From Planctomycetota bacterium (GTDB lineage: Bacteria; Planctomycetota; Planctomycetia; Gemmatales; Gemmataceae): a DNA stretch of 64,000 nt. The stretch covers positions 14,234 to 78,233 of the forward strand of contig JAJXWW010000084.1 of NCBI GenBank assembly GCA_021781415.1. Direction: 5' to 3'. Shown here piece after piece: positions 1-8,751 of this stretch. The translations under genes were made by a program, and so were the position numbers. A model generated the notes under the pieces. It worked only from the letters and a program-made list of their open reading frames with translations. It ran no database searches and was not told the DNA's origin. The first letter of the stretch is position 1; every line of letters starts with the position of its first letter.

Positions 1-1065
1 GGGCCGTTCCGCGCCATTCCCACCTCGGTGCCGGGCATCCACATCTCCGAACTGATGCCCGAAATGGCCAAGCGGATGAAGCACACCTGCATCGTGCGTT
101 CGCTGAATACGCGCAACGGCGATCACGGCGGGGCGGCGCAGTTGATGATGCGCGGCCGGCGCGACGAGGCCAATTTGAAATACCCCGATCTCGGCGCGGT
201 CCTGGCGCGCGAGTTGGGGCAGGCCGACAGTCAGGTTCCGGACTATGTGTCGTTCTATTTCGCCACGGAAGGACGAGGCTCCGCTCCCGGCTCGGCGGGA
301 TTCCTCGGCTCGCGCTATGCACCGATGGAATTGTATACTAGCATGATCCCCGAAAACATCCGCCGACTCGACGGCATCGACGACCTCGATCACAAGCAAC
401 GCGGGGAGTTGCGCGATTCGTTGAGCAAACAGTTCGCCAAGGGGCGTGTCTCGTCCAGCCTCGGCAGTCATGGCGAGGCCTATCAGCGGGTGCGCGGCTT
501 GATGGCCAGTGAAAAGCTGTTCGATGTGTCGCGGGAACCTCAGAAAATCCGCGAGAAGTATGGCCCGACACTGTTCGGCGAGCAGGCGTTGGCCGCGCGG
601 CGCTTGATCGAAGCCGGCGTTCCTTTCGTTCGCGTGGGACGCGCATGGTGGGACAGTCACGGCGAAAATTTTGAGACGCATCGGGAGTTGGTTCCCGAAC
701 TCGATCACGTCATGGCCGCCCTACTCGACGACCTGGAGCAACGCGGTCTACTCGAAAACACACTGGTTATCACGCTGTCCGAGTTTGGCCGCACGCCTGG
801 CATCAACGCCAGTTTGGGACGCGATCACTTCGCCTCGGCTTGGAGCGCTACACTGTCCGGTTGCGGTATTCAGGGCGGTAGCGTCCACGGCAAAACCGAC
901 GCCAAGGGCGAGCGTGTCGCCGACGGCGAAGTGGGAGCGGCCGAGTTGTTCGCCACCATTTATCGAGCTCTCGGCATCAACCACCAGAAGAATTACCACG
1001 TCGGCTCTCGTCCCGTGCCGTTGACCGACCCGGGGACCAAGCCGATCAAAGCACTGTTGGCCTGA
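1..1065 (+). CDS. DUF1501 domain protein (sulfatase-like), 5' end cut by window edge
   Basis: Frame 1 is open from base 1 (GPFRAIPTSVPGIHISE...). Motifs SEFGRTP and GRDHF are typical of planctomycete DUF1501 proteins. TGA at 1063-1065. Confidence 0.85.
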   Translation, partial: GPFRAIPTSVPGIHISELMPEMAKRMKHTCIVRSLNTRNGDHGGAAQLMMRGRRDEANLKYPDLGAVLARELGQADSQVPDYVSFYFATEGRGSAPGSAGFLGSRYAPMELYTSMIPENIRRLDGIDDLDHKQRGELRDSLSKQFAKGRVSSSLGSHGEAYQRVRGLMASEKLFDVSREPQKIREKYGPTLFGEQALAARRLIEAGVPFVRVGRAWWDSHGENFETHRELVPELDHVMAALLDDLEQRGLLENTLVITLSEFGRTPGINASLGRDHFASAWSATLSGCGIQGGSVHGKTDAKGERVADGEVGAAELFATIYRALGINHQKNYHVGSRPVPLTDPGTKPIKALLA

Positions 1066-1104
1066 TCCTTGACGCGCTCCGCTCACCGCATGAGGAACCT
1101 CGAC

Positions 1105-2085
1105 ATGAAAACGATCAAAGAGATTTCGAGTAACGGATTCGCTTTCACGCTGGCTCGCGTCCCCGGAAGTCAGCGCGTGCTATTCGGCGGCGCGGACTTC
1201 AAGGTGTACGATGTCGATTTCTCGGCGGCCAAACCGGAGGCGAAGGCGCTGGGCGAACACAAAAGCTACGTCACGGGCTTGGCTCTCTCCGGAAAAATCG
1301 CCGTATCCGGCAGCTACGACGGTCGGCTCTTGTGGTGGGACATCGACGCGCGCAAATCCATTCGCGCCGTCGATGCCCATGCCAAGTGGATTCGCAAAGT
1401 CGCCGTCTCGCCCGATGGCAAGACGATTGCCAGTGTCGCCGACGACATGGTATGTCGGCTGTGGAGCGTCGCCGACGGCAAGCTGTTGCACGAATTGCGC
1501 GGCCACGAGGAGAAGACACCGCATCACTATCCGTCGATGCTCTTCGCCTGCGCCTTTTCCCCCGACGGTCGCTGTGTGGCCACGGCGGACAAAGTCGGTC
1601 ACATCGTCGTCTGGGATGCCGTCGGCGGCAAATCGGTCAAGACACTCGAAGCGCCCGGCATGTACACCTGGGATCCGGTGCAGCGCAAACACTCCATCGG
1701 CGGAATCCGCTCGCTGGCTTTCTCGCCGGACGGAAAATATGTCGCCGTCGGCGGTATCGGCAAAATCGGCAACATCGACCACCTCGACGGCAAAGCCCGC
1801 ATCGAGATTTTCGACTGGAAAAAGGGCGAGAAAGCGATCGAGTTCGAAGACGACAAATTCAAAGGACTGATCGAACATCTGGCTTTCCAACCCAAAGGCG
1901 ATTGGCTGCTCGGCGGTGGCGGCGCGAACGACGGCTTTTTCCTCTTTTTCGATCTCAAATCGAAGAAAGCGACCCGGCACGAAAAAGCGGCCATGCACGT
2001 CCGCGCTTTCGTCCTCGACGAGAAAGTCGAGACGATCTACGCGGCGGGTCACGGAAAGATACAAGTGTTGGAAGCGAAAGGTTGA
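1105..2085 (+). CDS. WD40-repeat protein
   Basis: ATG 1105 has GAGGAA 7 nt upstream (track ORF starts at TTG 1069). Repeated blades: SGSYDGRLLWWD, SVADDMVCRLWS, TADKVGHIVVWD. Confidence 0.85.
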   Translation: MKTIKEISSNGFAFTLARVPGSQRVLFGGADFKVYDVDFSAAKPEAKALGEHKSYVTGLALSGKIAVSGSYDGRLLWWDIDARKSIRAVDAHAKWIRKVAVSPDGKTIASVADDMVCRLWSVADGKLLHELRGHEEKTPHHYPSMLFACAFSPDGRCVATADKVGHIVVWDAVGGKSVKTLEAPGMYTWDPVQRKHSIGGIRSLAFSPDGKYVAVGGIGKIGNIDHLDGKARIEIFDWKKGEKAIEFEDDKFKGLIEHLAFQPKGDWLLGGGGANDGFFLFFDLKSKKATRHEKAAMHVRAFVLDEKVETIYAAGHGKIQVLEAKG

Positions 2086-2152
2086 TGGAGCATGCGAACC
2101 GTGTCGGAGTTCGTTCCTCTTATTGAAGTAAGGTAGAGAGAACGGTTTCATT

Positions 2153-2455
2153 ATGGGCAAGTGGTTCAACTCATCAAGCTCGAAAGAAAATGGAGCCGGA
2201 GAGGAACGAGACATGCTCGACAACGCAACAGAACGACCCTTGCATGTTTCTTCGGAGTATCTTCCGCACCCGCGAATCGAAGTAGCCGACAGCCAACTGG
2301 AGGATCTGAAACAGCTTCTCAATCGGCACGGCATTCCTTATTGGGTAGACGAACACTCGATTTCCTTTAACGATGGACCGTTTACCACGATCGTCCATTT
2401 CTATCGCGGCACGGACGTAAAGGTTGTACAAAAGATCTTAGATAGTGTGGACTGA
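2153..2455 (+). CDS. small hypothetical protein (80-100 aa), upstream partner of the HEPN-like gene
   Basis: ORF of 100 aa. An internal ATG at 2213 has a better SD (GGAGAGGAA). Codons are visibly more A/T-ending than in flanking genes. No motif recognised. Confidence 0.5.
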   Translation: MGKWFNSSSSKENGAGEERDMLDNATERPLHVSSEYLPHPRIEVADSQLEDLKQLLNRHGIPYWVDEHSISFNDGPFTTIVHFYRGTDVKVVQKILDSVD

Positions 2456-2463
2456 TAGAGGAA

Positions 2464-3174
2464 ATGGTCATGCCCTTGTCGGAGGATCTCCGAGCGTTGC
2501 AAGAGCGCGTGGTCGGCGAACTCGTGGCAGCCCACGATTACTACACCAATACGAAATTCGCGTGGCGCATCGTCCAAAAAGTCATCGATTCAAACACGAA
2601 ATTCACCATTCGAAATAAGATCACGGGGTCAGTGACCGATCAAACGGCACTTTCGACTCACATTGAGGAATACATACAGAAAGAACTCGCCGAAGCGACG
2701 TTTCAGCAGTTCATCTCCACATTCGAGAGCTTTTTCTTCGACTTTCTACGCCTCTGGCTCACGGCCTATCCGCGCAGCCTTGGCGGCAAAAAGGTCGACG
2801 TGAAATTCATTCTCGACGCCCCGGACAAAGACGCCATCTTGCAGCACGCCATCGGCAAAGAACTGAACGAAGTTATGTACGAACGACCGAGCGCCTGGTT
2901 TGCGTATCTCGATGAAAAAGTGAAACTCGATTGTCCGTCGGCGGACGAGATCGAGCGCCTCGCCGAAGCCAAGGCGGCGCGCGACGTTTTGGTTCACAAT
3001 CGCGGAGTGGTTGGGAAAAGCTACGCGCTGAAAGCCGGTCGATGCGCGCGCTACCAGGAAGGCGACCGAATGGACATCGCGGAACCGTATCACCGCGAGA
3101 CGTGGGATCTTTTGCAGAAAGTCGTCGCCGACCTTTCTGCGGCGGGCCTCGCCAAAGCGCCGCTTGCGGTTTGA
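2464..3174 (+). CDS. hypothetical protein with an Rx4H (HEPN-like) motif
   Basis: 236-aa ORF starting 9 nt after the previous stop. Motif R173-DVLV-H178 (nt 2980-2997) sits in a predicted helical C-terminal half, as in RiboL-PSP-HEPN or Abi-type HEPN proteins. AT-shifted codon usage. Confidence 0.6.
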   Translation: MVMPLSEDLRALQERVVGELVAAHDYYTNTKFAWRIVQKVIDSNTKFTIRNKITGSVTDQTALSTHIEEYIQKELAEATFQQFISTFESFFFDFLRLWLTAYPRSLGGKKVDVKFILDAPDKDAILQHAIGKELNEVMYERPSAWFAYLDEKVKLDCPSADEIERLAEAKAARDVLVHNRGVVGKSYALKAGRCARYQEGDRMDIAEPYHRETWDLLQKVVADLSAAGLAKAPLAV

Positions 3175-3192
3175 CGCGCCACCGCAAGCGGC
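3159..3192. terminator. 12-bp perfect hairpin between convergent genes (possible bidirectional terminator)
   Basis: GCCGCTTGCGGT (3159-3170) pairs with ACCGCAAGCGGC (3181-3192). The stop codon of the 2464 gene lies in the loop. No strong U-tract. Confidence 0.4.
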
Positions 3193-3204
3193 TTGAGAAA
3201 ACCA

Positions 3205-4257
3205 TCAGGCCAAACGGCGCAGCAACGTCACCCGGCCCGTCTGCACCCATTCGACCACGAAGATGTTGCCGTCGCGGTCGAAGCAGGCGTCGTGGGGATG
3301 CACGAATTTGCCGGGCAGCCATTCGTCTGGCTTGCCGCGTACCTTGAATCCGTCCAACACTTTCTTGCGCCATTCCGCATCGTCGCCGAGATGCACGATG
3401 GGTTTATTCTCTTTATCGAACAGCGACACGCGCGCGTGGAGATCGGGGACCAGAAGCACCTCGCCGCGGATGTCAAAGTGCGCGGGGAACAACACGTCTT
3501 TGACAATCTCGATGAATTTGCCGTCGAGGGTGAAGTATTGCAAGCGCGCGTTGGCGCGATCGGCGACGACCAGCGACGGCGTGCGGCCCTTGCGGTCGTC
3601 GAGCCAGAGTCCGTGCGGCGTTCGCATCTTACCCGGTTGCGTTCCCGATCCGCCCCAAGTGCGGACCCATTTGGCGTCCTTATCGTACTGATGGATGTAG
3701 TTCGAACCGTAGCCGTCGCCGACGTAAAAGCCGCCGTCCGGAGCGAAAGCCACGTTGGTGGGTCGATATTGATTGACGCGCTTATAGACGCCGGCCTCGA
3801 CGGGATAGCACAACTTCCAGACCTCTTCGCCCTTCAGAGTCGTCTTAATGACTTGCCGATGTTCGATGTCGCACAGATAGAGAAACTGTTCGCTTCCCTC
3901 TTTGCGAATGTCGATGCCGTGGCCGCCGGGATAGTAACCCTTACCGAACGAACGGACGTATTTGCCTTTGGGATCGAATACGACGATGGTATCCATCGCC
4001 GCCCGACCGAGTCCCTGATGCTTGATATAAATGAATCCCTCGTCGTCGACGGTGACGCCGTGCGTCGTTTCCCAGCGAATCTGGCGCGGCAATTCGCCCC
4101 AGTTGTGTATGCACTCGTAGCGATACTCGCCTTTGCCGATAATCGGATTCTTGGTACCGCTTTTGTCTTCCGCGCCGAGAATGGCCGGACCCGCGCCAGC
4201 CGTCAAAGCCGCGGCGCTCGCCGCCGTCGATTGTTTGAGAAAGTCGCGTCGTCTCAT
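3205..4257 (-). CDS. Tat-signal NHL-repeat beta-propeller protein (peptidyl-hydroxyglycine amidating lyase-like)
   Basis: N-terminal MRRRDFLKQSTAASAAALTAGAG twin-arginine signal. Repeated propeller-like segments (GFIYI, GGFYVGDGYG, DGNIFVVEW). Confidence 0.75.
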   Translation of the reverse strand: MRRRDFLKQSTAASAAALTAGAGPAILGAEDKSGTKNPIIGKGEYRYECIHNWGELPRQIRWETTHGVTVDDEGFIYIKHQGLGRAAMDTIVVFDPKGKYVRSFGKGYYPGGHGIDIRKEGSEQFLYLCDIEHRQVIKTTLKGEEVWKLCYPVEAGVYKRVNQYRPTNVAFAPDGGFYVGDGYGSNYIHQYDKDAKWVRTWGGSGTQPGKMRTPHGLWLDDRKGRTPSLVVADRANARLQYFTLDGKFIEIVKDVLFPAHFDIRGEVLLVPDLHARVSLFDKENKPIVHLGDDAEWRKKVLDGFKVRGKPDEWLPGKFVHPHDACFDRDGNIFVVEWVQTGRVTLLRRLA

Positions 4258-4337
4258 GGGAGATACTCCGTAGGTAGGTATTTTGGGGATCTCTGCCCAC
4301 TCTACACTGCTTTGGTGGATTCGGCAATGTCTGGGTT

Positions 4338-4391
4338 AGAGCCGGAAGCGTGAGCGACGGTTTATCGTCCGTCGCTCACGCTTCCGGCTCT
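4338..4391. repeat. palindromic repeat family A, copy 1
   Basis: AGAGCCGGAAGCGTGAGCGACGG, an 8-nt loop, then CCGTCGCTCACGCTTCCGGCTCT. Perfect 23-bp arms. Lies in a divergent promoter region. Confidence 0.9.
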
Positions 4392-4468
4392 GTGGGATCC
4401 ACTGCTTGCGGGGAATGAGGACACAGGCTACAGTGCGTGGAGTGGCCCACGAAAAGAGGGAGTCGGCT

Positions 4469-4876
4469 ATGGCTCAAGATGCTTACGAACGGCTATTGGA
4501 AGTGGTGCGAATCGAGCAGACGACGGTCGTGCGATTCAAACGGCGCACGGTCTTGGAACCGGCTTCCATTCGAGCCGTCGGCGAAAAGCTGATGCATTTG
4601 GCGGGAGAACAACCACGGCGAACGATACTCGTCAATTTCCACGGCGTCGAAAGTCTAACCAGCGCGATGATCGGAGAGTTGGCGGCGATGCATCGAGGGT
4701 TGATCGGCAGCGGGGGACGAATGGCGTTTTGCTGCGTGGAGCCGTTCCTCATGCAGGTCTTCAACGTCGTGAAGATCCCCGAACGTATCGCCATTTACGA
4801 CGATGAGGCGACGGCTTTGCAAATGCTTGCCATCACCGAAACCCAAAGCGACGACGCATCGGGCAAAACGCCATGA
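4469..4876 (+). CDS. STAS-domain protein (anti-sigma-factor antagonist-like)
   Basis: ATG 4469 follows AGAGGGAG. Sequence TVVRFKRRTVLEP...VGEKL...ILVNFHGVESLTSAMIGEL resembles the SpoIIAA/STAS fold pattern. Confidence 0.7.
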   Translation: MAQDAYERLLEVVRIEQTTVVRFKRRTVLEPASIRAVGEKLMHLAGEQPRRTILVNFHGVESLTSAMIGELAAMHRGLIGSGGRMAFCCVEPFLMQVFNVVKIPERIAIYDDEATALQMLAITETQSDDASGKTP

Positions 4877-4907
4877 ACGAGTGTGCGTTCTGCCCGATCG
4901 AGTCTAT

Positions 4908-5225
4908 CTATGGCTTCTGCGAGTCTGCCGAACGACGGCGGAAATGGATGCGAGAGATCTCCTTGCTTTCGTTCGTGGTTGTCTCCAGCAGGATGATAGT
5001 CGCCGAATGGGGAATCCGCTCGTAGGAAGTGGGTCGGCCATCGAGTAGCACTTCCGTCGCCTTCGTGATGCGAAACGAATCGAGGTCGGCTGCTGCCGAC
5101 AGGGAACGAACCGACCTTACGGGGATCGTTTTCTCGGTCGAAAGAGCCTGTTTATGATTCAAGGAAGCGGTCGCCGACGAGACACCGACGAGCGTGAGGA
5201 AAAGACCCAAGGCACAGCGAAACAT
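4908..5225 (-). CDS. small secreted hypothetical protein
   Basis: ATG 5225 has GGAG 6 nt upstream. Signal-peptide-like N-terminus MFRCALGLFLTLVGVSSATA. Confidence 0.55.
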   Translation of the reverse strand: MFRCALGLFLTLVGVSSATASLNHKQALSTEKTIPVRSVRSLSAAADLDSFRITKATEVLLDGRPTSYERIPHSATIILLETTTNESKEISRIHFRRRSADSQKP

Positions 5226-5577
5226 GGAAAACTCCGTGACAGCGAGGGTGGAGAGTCGCACCTTTCCCAACATGAGTTGGACGAGAAACCAATAATTGAA
5301 GGGCAAGGATCGTGCCGAAGGGTACTCATTTCTGGAAATGTCGTAACCGTTTGGAATTTATGGACATATTCGATCCATCCTCGATACATAGTAGGTTTGC
5401 GCCTTGGGTTGTTGCCCATAAAACAGGCGTCACTTGCCCAAAAAACAGAAACGTCGATTCGGAATGCAGGCGCTATTCGAGTTCCGGTTTTGTCGTTCAT
5501 CGGTGATGCCGCCTTGTATACTTGAAGCATGGGCGAAGGGCGAAACGGCCGCTGTCCGAGACGATGAGACCCCGTCG

Positions 5578-7185
5578 ATGAGCAACGAACTCAACCAGCT
5601 ACTCGAAAACATGCAGCGTCAAGAAGAGCAGATCCGTCTCGGTGGCGGGCAGCGGGCCATCGAACGGCAACACGCCAAGGGACGATTGACGGCACGCGAA
5701 CGCATCGGCCGATTGCTCGATCCCGGAACTCCGTTGTTTGAACTCGGTTTGTGGGCGGCTTGGGGGATGTACCGCGAATGGGGCGGAGCGCCTTCGGCGG
5801 GCGTCATCACCGGCATAGGGATGGTGCGCGGACGGCAAGTGATGCTGATCGCCAACGATGCCACGGTCAAGGCGGGGGCCTTTTTCCCCATGACCTGCAA
5901 GAAGGTGTTGCGCGCTCAGCGGATTGCGATGGAGAATCGGCTGCCGTTGGTCTATCTCGTGGATAGTGCCGGCGTTTTTCTCCCCTTGCAAGACGAGGTG
6001 TTTCCCGACGAAGACGATTTCGGTCGCATCTTTCGCAACAACGCGGTCCTCTCGGCGATGGGCGTGCCCCAATTCGCTGCGATACTCGGCAACTGCGTGG
6101 CGGGCGGCGGCTATCTGCCGGTGTTGTGCGATAAGCTGCTGATGACCGAGGGGAGCGGTTTGTATCTGGCGGGTCCGGCGTTGGTGAAGGCGGCCATCGG
6201 TCAGAACGTAACCAGTGAGGAACTCGGCGGCGCGTCCATGCACGCCAGCATCTCTGGAACCATCGATTTTCACGAAAAAGACGATGTGTCTTGCCTGGAT
6301 CGCCTGTGCCGCCTCATCGACGCTTTGCCGCCTCCCGCCCTGAGAGTCGGTACCGTACCAGACTTTTCCCGCGAACCGGAGTGTCCGACGGCGGAATTGC
6401 TACAACGGGTTCCGGCCAATCCGCGCCAAGAGTACGACGTGCGCGATTTGTTGTCGTGTCTGCTCGACGCGGGGCCTTTCGATGAATACAAGGCGGAGTA
6501 CGGCCAAACGCTGGTATGCGGCTACGGTCGGCTCGGCGGGGTAGCGGTGGGCGTGGTGGCCAATCAACACAAGCGGTGTCGTCCGGCCGTCGGGCCGCTT
6601 CAGTACGGCGGCGTTCTCTACGTCGATAGCGCCGACAAGGGCGCGCGGTTCATCATGGACTGCAATCAAAGCCGTATGCCGATCTTATTTATCCAAGATG
6701 TCAACGGGTTCATGGTCGGACGCGATTCGGAGCAAGCGGGCATCATCCGCGCCGGTGCGAAATTGGTCAACGTCATCGCCAACAGCGTGGTGCCGAAGAT
6801 TACGCTGATCGTCGGCGGTTCCTTTGGAGCCGGCAATTACGCGCTGTGCGGCAAGGCGTTCGACCCGCGTTTCATTCTGGCTTGGCCGACGGCGCGCTGT
6901 GCCGTCATGGGTGCCGACCAGGCGGCGGGAACGCTGTTGGAAATCACCATCAACGCCTTGCGACGAACCGGACACGAACCGGATGCCGAAGAGATGGAAG
7001 ACCTGCGCCGAACCATGGAAGGAAGCTATCAAGAACAGACGGACGTTCGCTACGGCGCGGCGCGCTTGTGGGTCGATGCCATCGTCGATCTAGCCGACAC
7101 GCGGCAGGCGTTGTTGACGGCTTTGACGACGGCCACGCGGCACGATGAGGGTAAACCGTTTCGCACCGGAGTCTTACAGGTGTGA
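5578..7185 (+). CDS. acyl-CoA carboxylase carboxyltransferase (beta) subunit, MccB-like
   Basis: QHAKGRLTARERIGRLLDPG, ANDATVKAGAFFP, VYLVDSAGVFLPLQDEVFPD and CVAGGGYLP match the carboxyltransferase family. Start taken at MSNELN. Confidence 0.88.
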   Translation: MSNELNQLLENMQRQEEQIRLGGGQRAIERQHAKGRLTARERIGRLLDPGTPLFELGLWAAWGMYREWGGAPSAGVITGIGMVRGRQVMLIANDATVKAGAFFPMTCKKVLRAQRIAMENRLPLVYLVDSAGVFLPLQDEVFPDEDDFGRIFRNNAVLSAMGVPQFAAILGNCVAGGGYLPVLCDKLLMTEGSGLYLAGPALVKAAIGQNVTSEELGGASMHASISGTIDFHEKDDVSCLDRLCRLIDALPPPALRVGTVPDFSREPECPTAELLQRVPANPRQEYDVRDLLSCLLDAGPFDEYKAEYGQTLVCGYGRLGGVAVGVVANQHKRCRPAVGPLQYGGVLYVDSADKGARFIMDCNQSRMPILFIQDVNGFMVGRDSEQAGIIRAGAKLVNVIANSVVPKITLIVGGSFGAGNYALCGKAFDPRFILAWPTARCAVMGADQAAGTLLEITINALRRTGHEPDAEEMEDLRRTMEGSYQEQTDVRYGAARLWVDAIVDLADTRQALLTALTTATRHDEGKPFRTGVLQV

Positions 7186-7227
7186 CAAAAAAGAACCGCG
7201 AGACGGAGGCTCTCTCCGTCTCGCGGT
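7186..7227 (-). terminator. intrinsic terminator for the minus-strand operon ending at 7243
   Basis: 13-14 bp perfect stem (7196-7208 with 7214-7226) and a 5-nt loop. On the minus strand it is followed by TTCTTTTTT (7195-7187). Confidence 0.7.
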
Positions 7228-7242
7228 CGCAAGGCTCAGGCA

Positions 7243-7647
7243 CTACTTCAAAGACGGCGTGGTCGTCGTCTTGGGCGACGGCAATTTCTCCGGAACCTTC
7301 TCCAGAGGTTTCTCCGGCAACTTCTCCGGAGCCTTCAACTCCTCGGTTGGAGAATACGGCGTGGGCACAATCCGGGGCGTCGGGCAATGGGCGTAGTTGG
7401 GCGGAAACGGCCAGGCTTGCCAGCACGTCGGATAGTAACCGTAATTGTCCAATCCACAACAGGGGCAAATCTTCTTCGGGCAGACCCGTTTGTAGAAGAT
7501 GAACGGTGCTTTCGGACGGGTGAAGACCGTGACCGGACAGAACAAGCAATCGCCCGCCGAAGCGCGACTTCCCGTCATCAACAGGCAACAGGGCGCTAGG
7601 CAAAGTGCGAACGTGAAGACCGCAAATCTCGTTGTCGTCGTCGTCAT
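7243..7647 (-). CDS. Cys-rich small secreted protein with C-terminal PEKLPEKP repeats
   Basis: ATG 7647 has AAGGAGGG upstream. Signal peptide MTTTTTRFAVFTFALCLAPCCLLMTGSRASA. Multiple Cys residues (CLFCP, CPKKICPCCG). Tandem PEKLPEKPLEKVPEKLP. Confidence 0.7.
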   Translation of the reverse strand: MTTTTTRFAVFTFALCLAPCCLLMTGSRASAGDCLFCPVTVFTRPKAPFIFYKRVCPKKICPCCGLDNYGYYPTCWQAWPFPPNYAHCPTPRIVPTPYSPTEELKAPEKLPEKPLEKVPEKLPSPKTTTTPSLK

Positions 7648-7842
7648 GGTGTCCCTCCTTGGACATCCCAGGTGCGGCGTCCAGCCTCCATCCTTGGCGA
7701 TTGGACGCTGCGGAGCGATGGAGTCGATCGAAACCACTTCACGGCGCGTGTTTCGACGCGCCAATCGGATTATCGGCGCGTTAAGGGTGGTAAGCTCAGA
7801 AAATCGCGTCATTTTGGACGAGTCGCACTCCGGAGAGCCGAA

Positions 7843-8751
7843 TCAATACTCCGACTCGTCGACCACTTCGCCTCCCGCTCGCGTCCCCAACGCCAGCAGC
7901 ACCGAGCGATCGATTTGTTGGTGTAGAAAGCGAACGCCGCCGTCGGCGAAGAGCATGTTCACCCCTCCCGTATGCCGGCTGAAGAAATCGTCCAGGCTGC
8001 CGTCTCGGTCGGCTAGGTCGTTGATCCGGTTGGCCTGTACGAGGGGAAAATTCGCCGACGGATAGACGGCGGCGGGAGACGACCGCCACGGATTCAACGG
8101 GCCTCCGCGAAGGACGGCGTGGTCGATGGCCCCAGCCCAGGGGGCCATGGCGTGGCTCCAGGCCCGATCGCCGATGAGGATGGTGTTGCTCGTGCCGTCG
8201 GTGATGTCCGTAATGCGAATGGAACTGTTGCGATAGAAAACGCCTTCCTTGGGACCGGGCACTTCGTCGAGATCGCCGCTGCCGAAACACGCGCCGTAGC
8301 CGATGGGTGCCGCCTCGGTCAACACGGTTCCCTCGGCGTTGGTTATCGGGAAGACATCGGGCACGCCCGGATCGGAAGGGCAAAGGTAGATGGGCACTTT
8401 CGTTCGCCGTGCCTCATTTGCGGGATTCTCGATGTGCAAATGGAGGTCGATGCGGTGAAACAGATTTTGCTGCTCTAAATAGGGCAATAGGTAGGCGGCC
8501 CATCCCCAGCCCGGCTTGGTGGCCAGCGGATCGGGACTCTGGCACGCGCGATAGCCCGAAGGAAAGCAGCCGGAGACTCCATGATACGAGTGACAGGCCA
8601 AGCCGATTTGCTTGAGATGATTGAGGCAACGGGCGCGGCTGGCGCTTTCTCGCGCGCGCTGAACGGCCGGTAATAGCAAGGCCGCCAGGACGGCGAGAAT
8701 CGCCAAAACGACCAGTAGTTCAATCAACGTCAAGGCCAAGCGCCGTTTCAT
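7843..8751 (-). CDS. DUF1559 protein (prepilin-type N-terminal methylation domain, H-X9-DG C-terminus)
   Basis: [30 protein letters not shown]-terminus. C-terminal HTGGVNMLFADGGVRFL. ATG overlaps the kinase stop (ATGA at 8748-8751). Confidence 0.9.
   Translation of the reverse strand: MKRRLALTLIELLVVLAILAVLAALLLPAVQRARESASRARCLNHLKQIGLACHSYHGVSGCFPSGYRACQSPDPLATKPGWGWAAYLLPYLEQQNLFHRIDLHLHIENPANEARRTKVPIYLCPSDPGVPDVFPITNAEGTVLTEAAPIGYGACFGSGDLDEVPGPKEGVFYRNSSIRITDITDGTSNTILIGDRAWSHAMAPWAGAIDHAVLRGGPLNPWRSSPAAVYPSANFPLVQANRINDLADRDGSLDDFFSRHTGGVNMLFADGGVRFLHQQIDRSVLLALGTRAGGEVVDESEY

Noticed and set aside
1180-2334. Long ORFs overlapping real genes on the opposite strand or in another frame. 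Examples: 1180-2334(-), 3193-4353(+), 10317-11921(+), 14245-15573(-), 24437-25552(-), 28298-29887(-), 32429-34276(-), 34421-35557(-), 37119-38510(-), 38697-40145(-), 41475-43094(+), 45675-47129(-), 47187-48095(+), 49288-50334(-)
   Set aside because: Each overlaps a CDS with clear family motifs. Their translations are Arg/Ala/Gly/Pro-rich with no recognisable domains or credible RBS. High GC suppresses stop codons in non-coding frames.
7285-7345. Short tandem nucleotide repeats (TTCTCCGG units) and the 1.5-copy unit at 20463-20560 considered as CRISPR-like arrays
   Set aside because: The first lies inside a CDS and encodes a PEKLP peptide repeat. The second is a palindrome with one duplicated arm. 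Neither has regularly spaced repeats with unique spacers, and there are no cas genes.
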